A stretch of 64,000 bases of DNA, from NCBI GenBank assembly GCA_963745035.1, contig CAVUVW010000013.1:1408001-1472000 (forward strand). Direction: 5' to 3'. A program made the translations under genes and the position numbers. Each line of letters starts with the position of its first letter. The first letter of the stretch is position 1. The notes under the pieces were generated by a model, which made no database searches, had not been told where the DNA came from, and was given only the letters and a program-made list of their open reading frames with translations. Of the stretch, positions 9,227 to 20,958 are shown piece after piece. Source of the stretch: an uncultured delta proteobacterium (GTDB taxonomy: Bacteria; Desulfobacterota; Binatia; UBA9968).

Positions 9227-10275
9227 ATGAAGGCGAAAATGCATTGGCTGGTAGGTACGTCTGATCGGCCTCATCCTCTTAGCAGGAGCATTTCAGAGGC
9301 TCAATGCCAATGAGTTTTACCAAGGCAAAACGATTCGCTTTGTCGTCGGTTTTGCGGCTGGCGGAGGCTATGATCTCTCGGCTCGGATAGTTGGACGGCA
9401 CATCGGCAAGCATATTCCCGGCAATCCCACCATCGTCGTCGAAAACATGACCGGCGCCGGGAGTCTCATCGCGGCGAACTATACTTACAACAGCGCCAAG
9501 CCGGACGGCTTATTCGTGGGGATCTGGAATAGCGCCTATGTGCTGCGCCAGGCGCTCGGCGACAAAGCCGTCAGGTTCGATGCCCGCAAGCTAGGTTGGA
9601 TCGGCGCTCCGACCAAAGGCACGCCTTTTTGCAGCATCATGGCCCATACCGGATTGAAATCATGGAAGGATGTCCTTGCCGCCAACCGAGAGCTCAAAAT
9701 GGGTTCAACCGGACCGGGCTCCACCTATGACGACATGCCTCAGATATTGAACCGCACCCAAGGGACGAAGTTCAAGGTTATCAGCGGATATGAGGGCACG
9801 AGCACGATTCTCGTGGCCATGCGCAGAAAGGAAGTGGACGGCGGCTGCTGGACCTGGGAATCGGCGCGCACCACCGCCCGGCCTATGCTAGACGCACAGG
9901 GCGACGACAAGCTGATCCCGTTTCTCATCCATGCCAAAGAGCCCGATCCTGAGGTCAAGGACCTTCCGCTGATTCCAGAGGTAATCAAAGGCGAGGACAA
10001 CCTTTCCGCTTATCGGACTTGGTCTGGAACCTACGAATTCCAACGTCCCTTTAGTGTTCCACCCGGGACACCTAAAGAACGGCTGCAAGCTCCTGCGTAA
10101 AGCTTTCGCTGCGACCATGAAAGATCCGGAGTTTGTCGCCGAAGCAAAAAAATCGAAGTTCGACGCCACTTATGTATCCGGAGAAGAAGTCGACAAGTAT
10201 GTGGCTAACGTACTCTCCGTGACTCCCAAAGCCAAAGAGCTTCTCGACTTCTTGATGGTCAAACCAAAAACATAA
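9227..10275 (+). CDS. tctC: Tripartite tricarboxylate transporter substrate-binding protein (Bug/TctC), frameshifts near 9260 and 10090
   Basis: RBS AGGAGG, ATG 9227; FYQGKTIRFVVGFAAGGGYD, ENMTGAGSLIAANY, KPDG, PPGTPKER. Confidence 0.88.
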
Positions 10276-10321
10276 GCGGTACGGAAAACCGGCAAGTGCG
10301 CTCATCGATAGGAGGAGCATC

Positions 10322-11373
10322 GTGAAAGCGAAATCATGGCTGCTCACAATGTGGTAGCGGCAGGCTTTACCTTATCCGTCGCGGCTCCTGCTCAATTATG
10401 GGCAGATGAATTCTATAAGGGCAAGGCGATCCGCTTTGTGGTGGGACAGGCGGCCGGCGGTGGCTACGATCTTTCCGCCCGAACCATCGCCCGTCATATG
10501 GGCAAGCACATCCCGGGAAATCCTGCCATCGTCGTTGAGAACATGACCGGCGCCGGGAGTCTCATCGCGGCGAACTACACTTACAACAGCGCCAAACCGG
10601 ACGGTTTATTCGTGGGCACCTGGAATGGCGCCCTGATCCTGCGTCAGGCCCTTGGCGATAAAGCCATAAGGCTCGACGGCCGCAAACTCGGCTGGATTGG
10701 CTCTCCAACAAAGGGGACGCCGGTTTGCGGCATCATGGCCTACACCGGATTAAAGAGCCTGGATGAGATTGTCGCCGCAAATCGAGAAATAAAGATGGGT
10801 GCCACAGGACCGGGGTCAACGTATGAGGACCTGCCCATGATGTTGAATCTGACTCTAGGCACCAAGTTCAAGGTGATTTCCGGTTATGAGGGCACGGGTA
10901 CCATTCTTGTAGCGATGCGCAGAAAAGAAGTCGACGGCGGCTGCTGGACCTGGGAATCGATGAGAACAACCGCCAGACCAATGCTCGATGCGAAGGGTGA
11001 CGACAGACTCATCCCCTATCTCATTCACCGCAGATGGGAAGAACCCGAAGTAAGAGACCTGCCGCTCATTCCAGACGTCTTAAAGAAGGATCCGGACAAG
11101 CTTGCGGCCTATAAAACCTGGGTCGCAACCTACGAATTTCAGCGGCCCTATACTGTGCCGCCCGGAACCCCTAAGGATCGCTTACAGCTACTCCGCAAAG
11201 CTTACGCCGACACTCTGAAAGACCCGGAGTTCTTAGCCGAGGCTAAAAAGGTGAAGTTAGAAGTAACGTACACGTCCGGTGAGGAGATCGAAAAGTATGT
11301 GGATGAGATGTTGACGATCACTCCGAAAGCCAAAGAACTTCTGAGCTTCCTATTGACCAAGGGAAAAAAATAA
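10322..11373 (+). CDS. tctC: Bug/TctC substrate-binding protein, frameshift in signal peptide
   Basis: RBS GGAGGAG, GTG 10322; ORF 10336..11373 has FYKGKAIRFVVGQAAGGGYD and PPGTPKDR. Confidence 0.9.
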
Positions 11374-11416
11374 GCGCGGTCGGAAACCTGTCGGTTATTC
11401 TCACACGGGAGGAATC

Positions 11417-12464
11417 ATGAAGAGAAAATTCTCGTTATTTCTAGTCGTAGCAGTAAGCCTGATTTCACTGGTCGCAGGTCCTGCGCATTTATCGGCCAAC
11501 GACTTCTACAAGGGAAAAACCATCCGTTTTGTGGTCGGCCTCGCGCCCGGCGGCGGCTACGACCTCTCGGCTCGTACCGTCGGGCGGCACATTGGTAAGC
11601 ATATCCCCGGCAATCCCACCATCGTGGTTGAAAACATGACCGGCGCCGGGAGCCTGATTGCGGCGAACTATACCTTCAACAGCGCCAAACCCGATGGTTT
11701 GTTCGTCGGTATCTGGAATAGCGCTCTCGTCCTGCGCCAGGCGCTTGGCGATAAAGCTATGCGCTTCGATGCGCGCAAGTTCGGCTGGGTCGGCGCTCCA
11801 ACCATTGGCACGCCTCATTGCAGCATCATGGCCCACACCGGACTTAAAACTCTCAAGGATGTTCTCGCCAGCGACCGAGAAATCAAGATGGGCTCTACCG
11901 GACCCGGGTCGACCTACGACGATACGCCCAAGATATTGAACCAGACCATAGGAACAAAATTCAAAGTGGTCAGCGGCTATGAAGGAACCGGTCCGATCCT
12001 CGTCGCGATGCGCAGAAAGGAAGTCGACGGCGGTTGCTGGGGCTGGGAGTCGGCGCGGACCACTGGTAGAGCGCTGTTGGACGCGAAAGGCGATGACAAG
12101 TTGATCCCGTTTTTGATCCATCGCCGGGAGCCGGACCCTGAAGTCAAAGATCTTCCGCTCATTCCGGAAATCATCAAGGGCGAGGACAACCTTTCTGCAT
12201 ATAACACTTGGGTGGGAACTTTCGAGTTTCAGCGTCCCTTTATGGTTCCGCCAGGCACGCCGAAGGAGCGGCTCCAAGTTCTGCGCAAAGGCTTCGCCGA
12301 CACCATGAAGGACCCCGAGTTTATCGCCGAAGCGAAAAAATCCAAGTTGGAAATAACCTATGTCTCAGGGGAAGAAGTCGACAAATACGTGGACAAAGTC
12401 CTGGCGGTTACTCCCAGGGCCAAAGAGCTTCTCGAGCTTCCTAATAACCAAGCCGAAAAAATAG
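11417..12464 (+). CDS. tctC: Bug/TctC substrate-binding protein, frameshift near 12437
   Basis: First ~340 aa of the 1044-aa ORF. A shifted frame gives FLITKPKK-TAG (12462-12464), matching the paralogue ends FLLTKGKK* and FLMVKPKT*. Confidence 0.88.
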
Positions 12465-12478
12465 CTCGGCGTAACTCT

Positions 12479-14048
12479 ATGGACTACATCGACGCCTTTT
12501 ATAACGCCCTGATCAACATCTTGCCTTTTACCAACCAAGGCCAGCAGGCGTTTTTCTTCATGCTGGTGGGAATTTTTATCGGTTTCTGGGTCGGCATTCT
12601 GCCCGGCTTGGGAGGCGCGGCGACACTCGCTCTCATGCTGCCATTCATCTACAAGATGGACCCCACGTCCGCCTTCGCTTTTCTCTTGGGGTCGAACGCC
12701 GTGACCGCTACGACCGGAGATATCACCTCGATCCTTTTCGGCGTCCCGGGTGAAGGCACGACAGCTTCGACGATCGTCGATGGCCATCCCATGGCCAAAA
12801 AGGGAGAAGCAGGACGAGCCTTAGGCGCGGCGCTGATGAGCTCTCTCGTCGGCGCCATTTTCGGCGCGTTTGTCTTGGCCCTGGCGATTCCCATTGCCGC
12901 GCCGCTGGTGCTCTCCATCGGTTCTCCTGAATTCTTCATGCTCGCCCTTCTGGCTATCACCTTTGTTGGATCGCTGAGCGGCGGAAACATCGTCAAGGGT
13001 CTCATGGCTGGCGGCCTCGGGTTAATGATTTCCACCATCGGCTTGGATCCGATACGGGGCGTCCCGCGCTTCACTTTTGAGGGGATCCTCGGACAGGGCC
13101 CGTCGATCTTTCTGTGGGACGGCATCGATCTCGTTGCCGTGACCATAGGACTGTTTGCCATCCCCGAGATTATCGACTTGGCCATCAAGGGAACGAGCAT
13201 CGCCCGGGAAAAGGTCGAAAAACTCGGCGGCGTCATGGAAGGCGTGAAAGACACCTTTCGCCATTGGTGGCTGGTTCTCAAGTGCAGCGCGCTCGGCGCC
13301 TATGTCGGCATACTTCCGGGAGTCGGCGGCGGCACCGCCCAATGGGTGGCATATGCTTACGCCGTTCAGAGCTCGCCCAACAAAGAGCGCTTCGGCAAGG
13401 GCGCGGTGGAAGGAGTGCTCGGCCCCGGCGCCGCCAATAACTCGACCCGCGGCGGCGATCTCATCACCACGGTCGCCTTCGGTATTCCGAGCAGCGTCTC
13501 GACGGCCATCTTGTTCGGCGCCTTTCTGATTCAAGGCATCGTGCCGGGTCCGGACATGCTGAATCCGGCCAAGCACTTGACCCTGACTTTTTCGTTCGTG
13601 TGGATCATTATCGTCGCCAACATCATCACCGTGGCGGTTTGCTTTCTATTTCTCAAGCAACTGGCGAAAATCACCAACATCAGGGGCGCCCTGCTCATTC
13701 CTTTCCTTCTCCTCCTCATCTATCTCGGCGGATTCACCGTCAAGAACAGCTTCGGCGACATGATCATGGTGCTGATTTTCGGCGCGCTCGGTTGGCTCAT
13801 GGTGCAGTTCGACTGGCAGCGGCCGCCGCTGCTGGTGGGTTTGGTTTTGGGAACCATCACGGAGAGAAACTTCTGGATCTCCACGAGGGCCTATGGATTC
13901 GACTGGCTGCTTCACCCGGGAGTCCTTATCATTGCCGTTTTCATTGTCGGCAGCGATTGTCTACTCCGTTCGGCAAATTTTGCGGGAAAAGAGAAAACCA
14001 CCGTCGACCGTTGCCGGAAGCGGCACCGGAGCCCGACATCGGCGATGA
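12479..14048 (+). CDS. tctA: Tripartite tricarboxylate transporter large permease TctA, frameshift near 13950
   Basis: VGILPGLG, SILFGVPGE, DGHPMAKKGEAGRALG, EGVLGPGAANN, GIVPGP. Shifted frame ends AAIVYSVRQILREKR...HRR-TGA. Confidence 0.88.
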
Positions 14049-14551
14049 TCACGAAGCCCGGTTTACCGACCGATCTTCGCGCTCTTCTTTGTCGGGCTGT
14101 TTATCTACGTGCTGCGCGAGACCTTATTTCGAGATCCGCCCCATGGAAGAGCGGGCCGCGCTCTTTCCCATGGTTCTCGGCATTCCGTGTCTGGCTTTGG
14201 CGCTTTGGGCTTTTGGCCAGGAACTTTTCCATGCTCTGCGACACGACGACCGACGCAGCAAATTCCGGAGAAACTGTGTCTTCTCTCGAACCGGCCGTTG
14301 TGCGCCGTCGCGCCTTTTCCATCGTCGCTTGGATCTTAGGTTTTTTTCTCGCCATTTGGCTCTTGGGCTTTCCAATCGCCGTGCCGGTTGCATGCTTTCT
14401 CTATTTTCGCTTCGCGGGCGGTGAGAAATGGTCGATCAGCGATCCTTTGAGTTTAACGGCCGGGGCGGTTTTTTACGGCCTGTTCGATTACTTCCTCCAT
14501 CTGCCTTTTCCCGAGGGCGCATTATTAGCGTGGTTGAACCTTTATGGATAG
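14045..14551 (+). CDS. tctB: TctB-like small permease subunit, several frameshifts
   Basis: ATG overlaps the tctA stop (ATGA). Segments IFALFFVGLFIYVL, AALFPMVLGIPCLALALW and LLGFPIAVP...YGLFDYFLHLPFPEG lie in different frames. Confidence 0.68.
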   Translation: MITKPGLPTDLRALLCRAVYLRAARDLISRSAPWKSGPRSFPWFSAFRVWLWRFGLLARNFSMLCDTTTDAANSGETVSSLEPAVVRRRAFSIVAWILGFFLAIWLLGFPIAVPVACFLYFRFAGGEKWSISDPLSLTAGAVFYGLFDYFLHLPFPEGALLAWLNLYG

Positions 14552-14666
14552 TTCGCCGTCTATGTTTCGGAATTAGGCTATCGGCGGAATCTACGGCCGC
14601 CCGGAGATCAAATGTCATAAGAATTTTGAGTCGAACGTGCAAGGAGCTAGCGGAAAGGAGAGTGCT

Positions 14667-15696
14667 ATGAAAAGTATTTGTCTTCGGCCTATTCATTTTA
14701 CTGGCATGGAACTCCAGCCTATACGCCCAGATCCCTTTCTATCAGGGAAAAACAATTACGCTAGTAGCCGGAACCACCGCAGGAAGCCAATATGATGCTC
14801 ATGCACGCCTCATAGCCCAGCACTGGGGAAAGCACATTCCTGGGAATCCCGACGTCATTGTCCAAAACATGCCGGGCGCAGGCTCTTTGATCGCGGCAAA
14901 CCATCTCTACAACGTCGCGAAGCCCGACGGTCTGACGGTCACGTCGATCATCCCGGCCATTTATTTCAATCAACTCGCCGGACGCAAAGAGGTCCAGTTT
15001 GACTACGGCAAATTCAATTGGATCGGCAGCGTGGATCGCTCGGATAATGTCATGTACATGCGTTCGGACACGCCGTTCAAAACGATCCATGACGTGCGCC
15101 GCTCCGCGCAGCCGCCCAAGTGCACCGCCACGGGAACCGGCACTGTCGGCCACTACATGCCAAAACTTCTGAATGAAACGATCGGGACGAAATTTGAAAT
15201 TATTTTGGGCTATCCAGGCGGACCGGAAATGGATCTGGCGGTGGAAAAAAACGAGGCTCAGTGCCGCGCGCTTACCCACGCCGCTTGGTTCAGCGGCGAG
15301 CCATATCGGACGTGGCAGGCCAAGGGATTCGCTCAGGTGTTGATTCAAACTGGGAAAAAACGCGATGAAAGACTGCCTCAGGTGTTCACCCTGAACGAGC
15401 TGATGGATGAATTTAAGACCGAAGAAATAGGCCGCCGGTTAGCCAGCGTGGTGCTTGCCTCCGGCGAGCTTGGCCGCCCCTACCTGCTGCCTCCGGCGAT
15501 ACCCGCCGAACGACTCAAAATATTGCGCGAAGCGTTCATGAAACTGATGACGGATCCCGCTTTCTTGGCCGACATCAAGAAAAGGAACCTAGAAGTGGAA
15601 CCCACGACCGGGGAGGAACTTGACAGGTTATCCAAACAAGTGATGGCCCAACCGCCGGAGGTCATCGAACGGGTGAAGAAACTGATGGGGAAATAA
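14667..15696 (+). CDS. tctC: Bug/TctC substrate-binding protein, frameshift near 14730
   Basis: RBS GGAG, ATG 14667; FYQGKTITLVAG, NMPGAGSLIAANHLYNVAKPDG, GRPYLLPP. Confidence 0.87.
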
Positions 15697-15832
15697 ATTC
15701 CGTCGGCCATCGTTCGATGCTTCCCCGCAACGGACAATTCACAGGAGTTTAGGCGGCGAACGATACATCAAAAGCCTTCAACGATTCGCGGCATTTTCGA
15801 TATTGGAGCAACAGGAGTAAGCCACGAAGACT

Positions 15833-16836
15833 TTGCTTCTCGTCTTACTGGTGAGTGCCAGTCTCTGGCGGCCGGCGCTGCGCAGTCTTGGTCGGCGCCG
15901 GACACCCGGGTTGAGGGGGCAAAGAAAGAACAAAAACTGGTTTTCTATACCACCATGGACTTGCCCCAGAACATCAAAGTCGTTCACGGCTTCATAGAAA
16001 AATACCCCTTCTTGGACCTTGAGCTTCATCCGCTCGAAGCGGAAACACTCGTCGAAAGAGTTCGAAGCGAGGCGCGCAACGGGATGGCAACCTGGGATGT
16101 GCTGCTGGGGGGTAGTGTCCTGTTTCAGCCCTTATCGGAAGCGAACGTGATCACCCCCTATCATTCGCCGCAACGGGAAGCCGTCAGCGATACATTGAAC
16201 CACAGCCAGGGTTATTGGTCCGGGTACTACATCAATCCGTACGTGCTCGGTTACAACACAACGTCAGTGAAAGAAGAGGAGGTTCCAAAAAAGTATGGCG
16301 AGTTGCTTGATCCACGCTGGAAAGGCAATCGCATCGCCATCGATGGCACCGCTCACGGATTATTGCGGGGGCTCGCTGCAACCTGGGGTCGGGACAAAGC
16401 GGTTGCGTACCTAAAACAACTTGCCGATCAGCAGCCGGTCATGGCTCGCGCGAGCATTATGGCGGTGGATTCCCTGCACCTCGGCGCTGTTTCAATGGTG
16501 ATCGCACGTGCTCCCGTGATTCACGGATACAAGAAAAAACTAGGCTCGCCCATCGAGTGGACCTTTCTCGGACCCGTTATCGCCCAGCTCGACGCCGTAA
16601 TGCTGTCCGCACAATCCCGCAGTCCCAATGCAGCGCGGCTTTTTGTTGATTTTATTCTCTCCAAGGAGGGCCAGAGCGGTCTAGCCGACGTGCAGCAGAT
16701 TCCGGTTCGGAGAGACATGGAAACACGGTCAAAGCCCGCGTTCCAGGGTCATCAGTGGTTTGTGGAACAGCCGGACAAGCATGAAAAATTCGCCGAGACC
16801 GTCAAGCTGTTTCGGGACATTTTTGGCTCGCGCTAA
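15833..16836 (+). CDS. ABC extracellular solute-binding protein (Fe3+/thiamine-type fold); start uncertain
   Basis: Frame of ORF 15955 extends upstream to EGAKKEQKLVFYTT; contains YNT..V...EVPKKY.ELLDPRWKG and PNAARLFVDFILSKEGQ. Confidence 0.82.
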
Positions 16837-16930
16837 CTGCATACGCTTGTGTGTTCGTCAGTTGAATGGGTGAAAACAGTTCCAAGAAAACTGGCCAGGC
16901 GCCGCAACAGTTTCGCTTTGGAGGCTCACC

Positions 16931-17965
16931 GTGAACAGACGTACAATCTCGGCAGTCGTAGTTCTCGCGGCTTTGTATGCCCCCCAAGGGCATGCCCAGG
17001 AGCCCTTTTACAAAGGCAAGACCATCACCATCCTCGCCGGTACCGGAGCCGGCAACGTGTACGACATCTTTGCGCGGCTGTTCGCTCGACACATGGGCAG
17101 GCATATCCCGGGCAATCCGGAGATCATCGTGCAAAACATGCCCGGCGCCGCGTCGATGATCGCGGCCAATCACCTCACGAACGTGACAAAGCCCGACGGA
17201 TTGACCATCGGCGCCATCTTTCCGGCTCTGTATTTCGACCAAATCATTCGCCGCCCGGAGGTGAAGTTCGACTGGGGGAAGTTTATCTGGCTCGGCAGTC
17301 CCGCCAAATCAGACCAGCTGCTCTACATGCGCGCCGACTCCCCGTATAAGACGATTGAGGACGTCGTGAAAGCCTCTCCCCCTCCCAAGTGCGGCGCAAC
17401 CGGAACGTCCTCGACCGCTTACTACATACCTAAACTGCTCGATCAAAACATCGGGACGAATTTCGAAATTGTGTTGGGTTACAAGACCGGCACGGATATC
17501 GATCTGGCGGTGGAAAGAGGCGAAGTGATCTGCCGCGCCTTTACGATCGAAGCCTTTTTCGCCCGCGAGCCGTTTTTTACCTGGGTGAAGAAAAAATTTG
17601 TCCGGATTCTCGTCCAAACCGGAAAGAAGCGCGACGAGCGTCTGAAGGACGTGCCAACCATTCCTGAGCTCCTGGACAAGTACAAGACAAATGACACGGG
17701 TCGGCGCCTGGCGGATCTAGTTTTAGCCGCCGGCGAATTCGGCCGGCCCTATGTCCTGCCTCCCGGCACACCCGCCGACAAAGCAAGGATTCTCCGCGAA
17801 GCATTTGCAAAGACGCTGAAAGATGAAGCGCTGCTCGCGGACGCCAAAGCAAGCAATCTCGACGTGGAACCGAGCAGCGCCGAGGAACTCGATAGGCTCG
17901 CTAAAGAAGTCACCAGCCAATCGCCGGAAATCGTCGACAAAATGAAAAAACTGCTAGACAAGTGA
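16931..17965 (+). CDS. tctC: Bug/TctC substrate-binding protein
   Basis: Intact ORF with signal peptide; FYKGKTITI, NMPGAAS, KPDG, PPGTPADK. Confidence 0.92.
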   Translation: MNRRTISAVVVLAALYAPQGHAQEPFYKGKTITILAGTGAGNVYDIFARLFARHMGRHIPGNPEIIVQNMPGAASMIAANHLTNVTKPDGLTIGAIFPALYFDQIIRRPEVKFDWGKFIWLGSPAKSDQLLYMRADSPYKTIEDVVKASPPPKCGATGTSSTAYYIPKLLDQNIGTNFEIVLGYKTGTDIDLAVERGEVICRAFTIEAFFAREPFFTWVKKKFVRILVQTGKKRDERLKDVPTIPELLDKYKTNDTGRRLADLVLAAGEFGRPYVLPPGTPADKARILREAFAKTLKDEALLADAKASNLDVEPSSAEELDRLAKEVTSQSPEIVDKMKKLLDK

Positions 17966-18122
17966 GATTTGGAGTCATCGCGTTTCACACGGAAGCCAAA
18001 AGCGCGGTCCTCATGAAAACGCAAAAAAGATTTCTTAGGACTTTCCGCGAGGCGATGGTCTAGCGCGTCCTTCGACGAGAGTGGCGCTGCAATGATTAGG
18101 TTCTAAGACACCGGAGGTACGT

Positions 18123-18596
18123 ATGGACCTGATAAAGAAGATTCTCGCGCCGACTGATTTGTCTTCCTTCTCAGCAAGCGGAGTCCGCTACGCATGTAAT
18201 CTGGCCAGGGCCGTGGGCGCTGAAGTGATTGTGGCCCACGCGGTGAGCACCAGCGAGTTTATGTCTCACGCAACCAGTTTGAACATAACTTCTTCCGGAA
18301 CTGAGACACAGGACTTGTTAGGCAAGCTGGCGGAACATCACAAGGTGTTGTTGCAGAAATTTACGGAACAGCAGTTGCCTAGTGCAGAGGCGAATGTAAA
18401 CGTTCAGCCGATTGTCGAAATGGGAGACCCGCACACCCTAATAGTCAACTGGGCAAAAGATAAAGCAGTTGATCTCATTGTGATGTCCACCCATGGTCGT
18501 AGCGGTATTTCGCGAATGCTATTGGGCAGCGTGACGGAAAAGGTTCTTCGAAGCGCTTCCTGTCCTGTACTCGCAATTCCTTCTCACGAGCGGTAA
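18123..18596 (+). CDS. Universal stress protein (UspA family)
   Basis: [10 protein letters not shown] and [34 protein letters not shown]. Confidence 0.95.
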   Translation: MDLIKKILAPTDLSSFSASGVRYACNLARAVGAEVIVAHAVSTSEFMSHATSLNITSSGTETQDLLGKLAEHHKVLLQKFTEQQLPSAEANVNVQPIVEMGDPHTLIVNWAKDKAVDLIVMSTHGRSGISRMLLGSVTEKVLRSASCPVLAIPSHER

Positions 18597-18644
18597 GGGC
18601 TTCCGCGAGGTTGGTAAATTGACCTAAGCGAAGAAGGTCTTTCG

Positions 18645-18878
18645 ATGAAAGCAAAATCAGGTGACTTAATAATCTCAGCCGAGGTTCTGATCGCTGCCGT
18701 TCTGGTGCTTATTTTGGTCGCTCCGAGGGCAGCTCTATCACAGACGCCCTTTTATCAGGGCAAAACGATTCGCCTTATCGTCGGGCTTGCGCCGGGTGGC
18801 GGCTATGACCTGTATTCACGGGTGATCGCGCGCCACCTGGGCAAGCACATTGCCGGTCATCCGACGATCGTGGTTGAA
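18645..18878 (+). pseudogene. 5' fragment of a tctC gene
   Basis: Signal peptide plus FYQGKTIRLIVGLAPGGGYD...GHPTIVVE, then homology stops and the RBS of the next gene follows. Confidence 0.75.
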
Positions 18879-18901
18879 ATTCTCCAGGAAGGAGAACTGC
18901 G

Positions 18902-19970
18902 ATGGCTGCAAAAACCAATTATAGTTTCGCAGCGCAATTTTTAGCGCTTGCGCTGCTGGTGATTTTCTCCTTGCCTCGGGCCAGCCTCGGCACAAACGCC
19001 ATTTTTCCAGGGTAAGACCGTCACCATCGTTCAGGGCCGCGATCCCGGCGGCACCGGCGATATGCGGGTCAGAGCCATGCTGCCCTTTTTGCAAAAATAT
19101 ATTCCCGGGAATCCGTCGATCGTCAACGAGTACGTGCCCGGCGGAGGAAGCCGCAAAGCGGCAAATCACGTATTCAAATCGGTCCGACCCGACGGGTTGA
19201 CGATCGGAAATCTGGGCTTGGGCATGGTTTCTTCCGCGCTGCTTGGAGAAACCGGCGTGCTGTACGATGTCGATAAATTCATCTATCTTGGTTCTCCATT
19301 CAGCAGCCATCATGCGGTGTTCGTCACCCGCAAGGAGGCCGGGCTGAGCACCATTGAGAAACTTCGAGCGGCCGAAGGCATCAGAATCGGCGGCCAATCC
19401 GTGGGCTTTTCTACTTACATCGAAGGGCGCTTGTTCGCCTACATCATCGGACTCAAAGATCCCAGGTTTGTTACCGGTTACGGCGGCGCCGAGTTGGATC
19501 CCGTGCTGATGCGCGGTGAGATCGACGCGCGCGCGACCAGCGCCGATACCGTCTTGCAGCGCAATCCTGATTGGATCCCAAAAGGCTTGGTGGATTTTCA
19601 CGCGATGATCGAAGTCCCCAAAGGGGAAAAACATGCCGCTTTTCCCAACGTGCCGGAGCTCGAGACCTTCGCCAAATCCGAAAAGGACCGCAAGTTGATG
19701 ACCTTACAGCGCGCCTTCAGAGTGGCCGGCCAACCTTTTGTCCTGCCTCCCGGCACTCCCAAAGACCGCGTCGAAATGATTCAGGAAGCATTCCGCAAAA
19801 CATATAGGGATCCGGAATTCCGCAAGGAGTACAAAAAGTTCACCGCCGATGACCCGACGCCCCTCATGCCTGAAGAACACGAGCGGGTGATTAGAGAAAT
19901 ACCCCGCGATCCGGAGGTTGTCGGCATTTTCAAGAAGCTGCAGGGCGGCGATCCCCTGCCGCCACGGTAG
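18902..19970 (+). CDS. tctC: Bug/TctC substrate-binding protein, frameshifted signal region
   Basis: RBS GAAGGAG, ATG 18902; FFQGKTVTIVQGRDPGGTGD, RPDGLTIG, PPGTPKDR. Confidence 0.85.
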
Positions 19971-20019
19971 CGGTATGGGATTCTTGTCTCACGCGCGTCT
20001 AAAGGGTAGAGTTTAAGGA

Positions 20020-20400
20020 GTGAAAAGACTGCAATATTTTCGATTTATTGTCTCTTGCGCGCTATCTCTTGGGTTACTGCTGCCGTTTGTTGCCGTCGGC
20101 CAGACCACGCCGGGCCCCGAAAAGCAAAAGATCGAGGCGCTCATCACGCAAGTGGGTGAACTCAAGGATGCCAGGTTTATCCGCAACGGCAAGGAATACG
20201 ACGTTGCCGCCGCCGTGCGCTTCTTGCGCGGCAAATGGAAAGCCAACGATAAGGAAGTTAAAACCGCGAGGGATTTCGTCGACAAAGTCGCCAGCGCTTC
20301 AGGCACATCGGGGAAACCCTATCACATCCGTTTCAAGGACGGCCGCGAGATCACCAGCGGCGATTTCCTATTTGCCGAGTTGAAAAAACTCGAGTCCTAA
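20020..20400 (+). CDS. DUF5329 (YfeK-like) exported protein
   Basis: Signal peptide; FIRNGKEY, TARDFVDKVASASGTSGKPY. Confidence 0.75.
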   Translation: MKRLQYFRFIVSCALSLGLLLPFVAVGQTTPGPEKQKIEALITQVGELKDARFIRNGKEYDVAAAVRFLRGKWKANDKEVKTARDFVDKVASASGTSGKPYHIRFKDGREITSGDFLFAELKKLES

Positions 20401-20579
20401 AGCACGCATACGTTCCTCCGGTCCACGCAAGAGTGCCGCGCGTGGCGCCTGTCGCCCCCGAAAAATTCACTCGTTCGTCTTTTCCCGTCGTTGTAAAATC
20501 GCTGGCAAGCCGCCGCACCGAAGGTTCATAGGTGCCGGCTGCGCCTGGATTTTGACGCGTAGGAGGTAGTGAAACTCAA

Positions 20580-20921
20580 ATGCCGATCGTTTTGTCCACA
20601 ACGCTATTGCTTGCCGCCTCGAACGTCTTCATGACGTTTGCTTGGTACGCTCACTTGCGCAACATGAGCGACCGGCCTTGGTATATCGCCGCCCTGTTGA
20701 GCTGGGGAATCGCGTGCTTCGAATATCTGCTTCAAGTCCCCGCCAATCGGCTCGGCCACACGCAGCTGAGCGTCGCGCAGCTCAAAATCATGCAGGAGGT
20801 GATTACGCTTTCGGTATTCGCCCCGTTCGCGGTGATGTATATGAAGGAGCCGTTGAAACTCGATTTTCTGTGGGCGGGCTTGTGCTTGCTCGGCGCGGTC
20901 TACTTCATGTTTCGCTCGTAG
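20580..20921 (+). CDS. DMT-family small membrane protein (DUF486)
   Basis: SNVFMTFAWYAHL, SWGIACFEYLLQVPANR, QLKIMQEVITL; RBS AGGAGG. Confidence 0.88.
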   Translation: MPIVLSTTLLLAASNVFMTFAWYAHLRNMSDRPWYIAALLSWGIACFEYLLQVPANRLGHTQLSVAQLKIMQEVITLSVFAPFAVMYMKEPLKLDFLWAGLCLLGAVYFMFRS

Positions 20922-20958
20922 GGCGAGTTGAGGCCGTTCAACCAACAATTTGGGCCCG

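Noticed and set aside
11417-14551. 1044-aa TctC-TctA-TctB fusion protein
   Set aside because: A one-base shift at ~12437 restores the paralogue-type ending FLITKPKK*, and the TctA/TctB junction reads as nonsense in this frame; most likely an indel artefact.
15709-15764. Riboswitch before the ABC binding protein (ATCGTTCG...CGAACGAT stem enclosing CCCCGCAAC)
   Set aside because: Only a short cobalamin-like word is present; the other conserved elements are missing.
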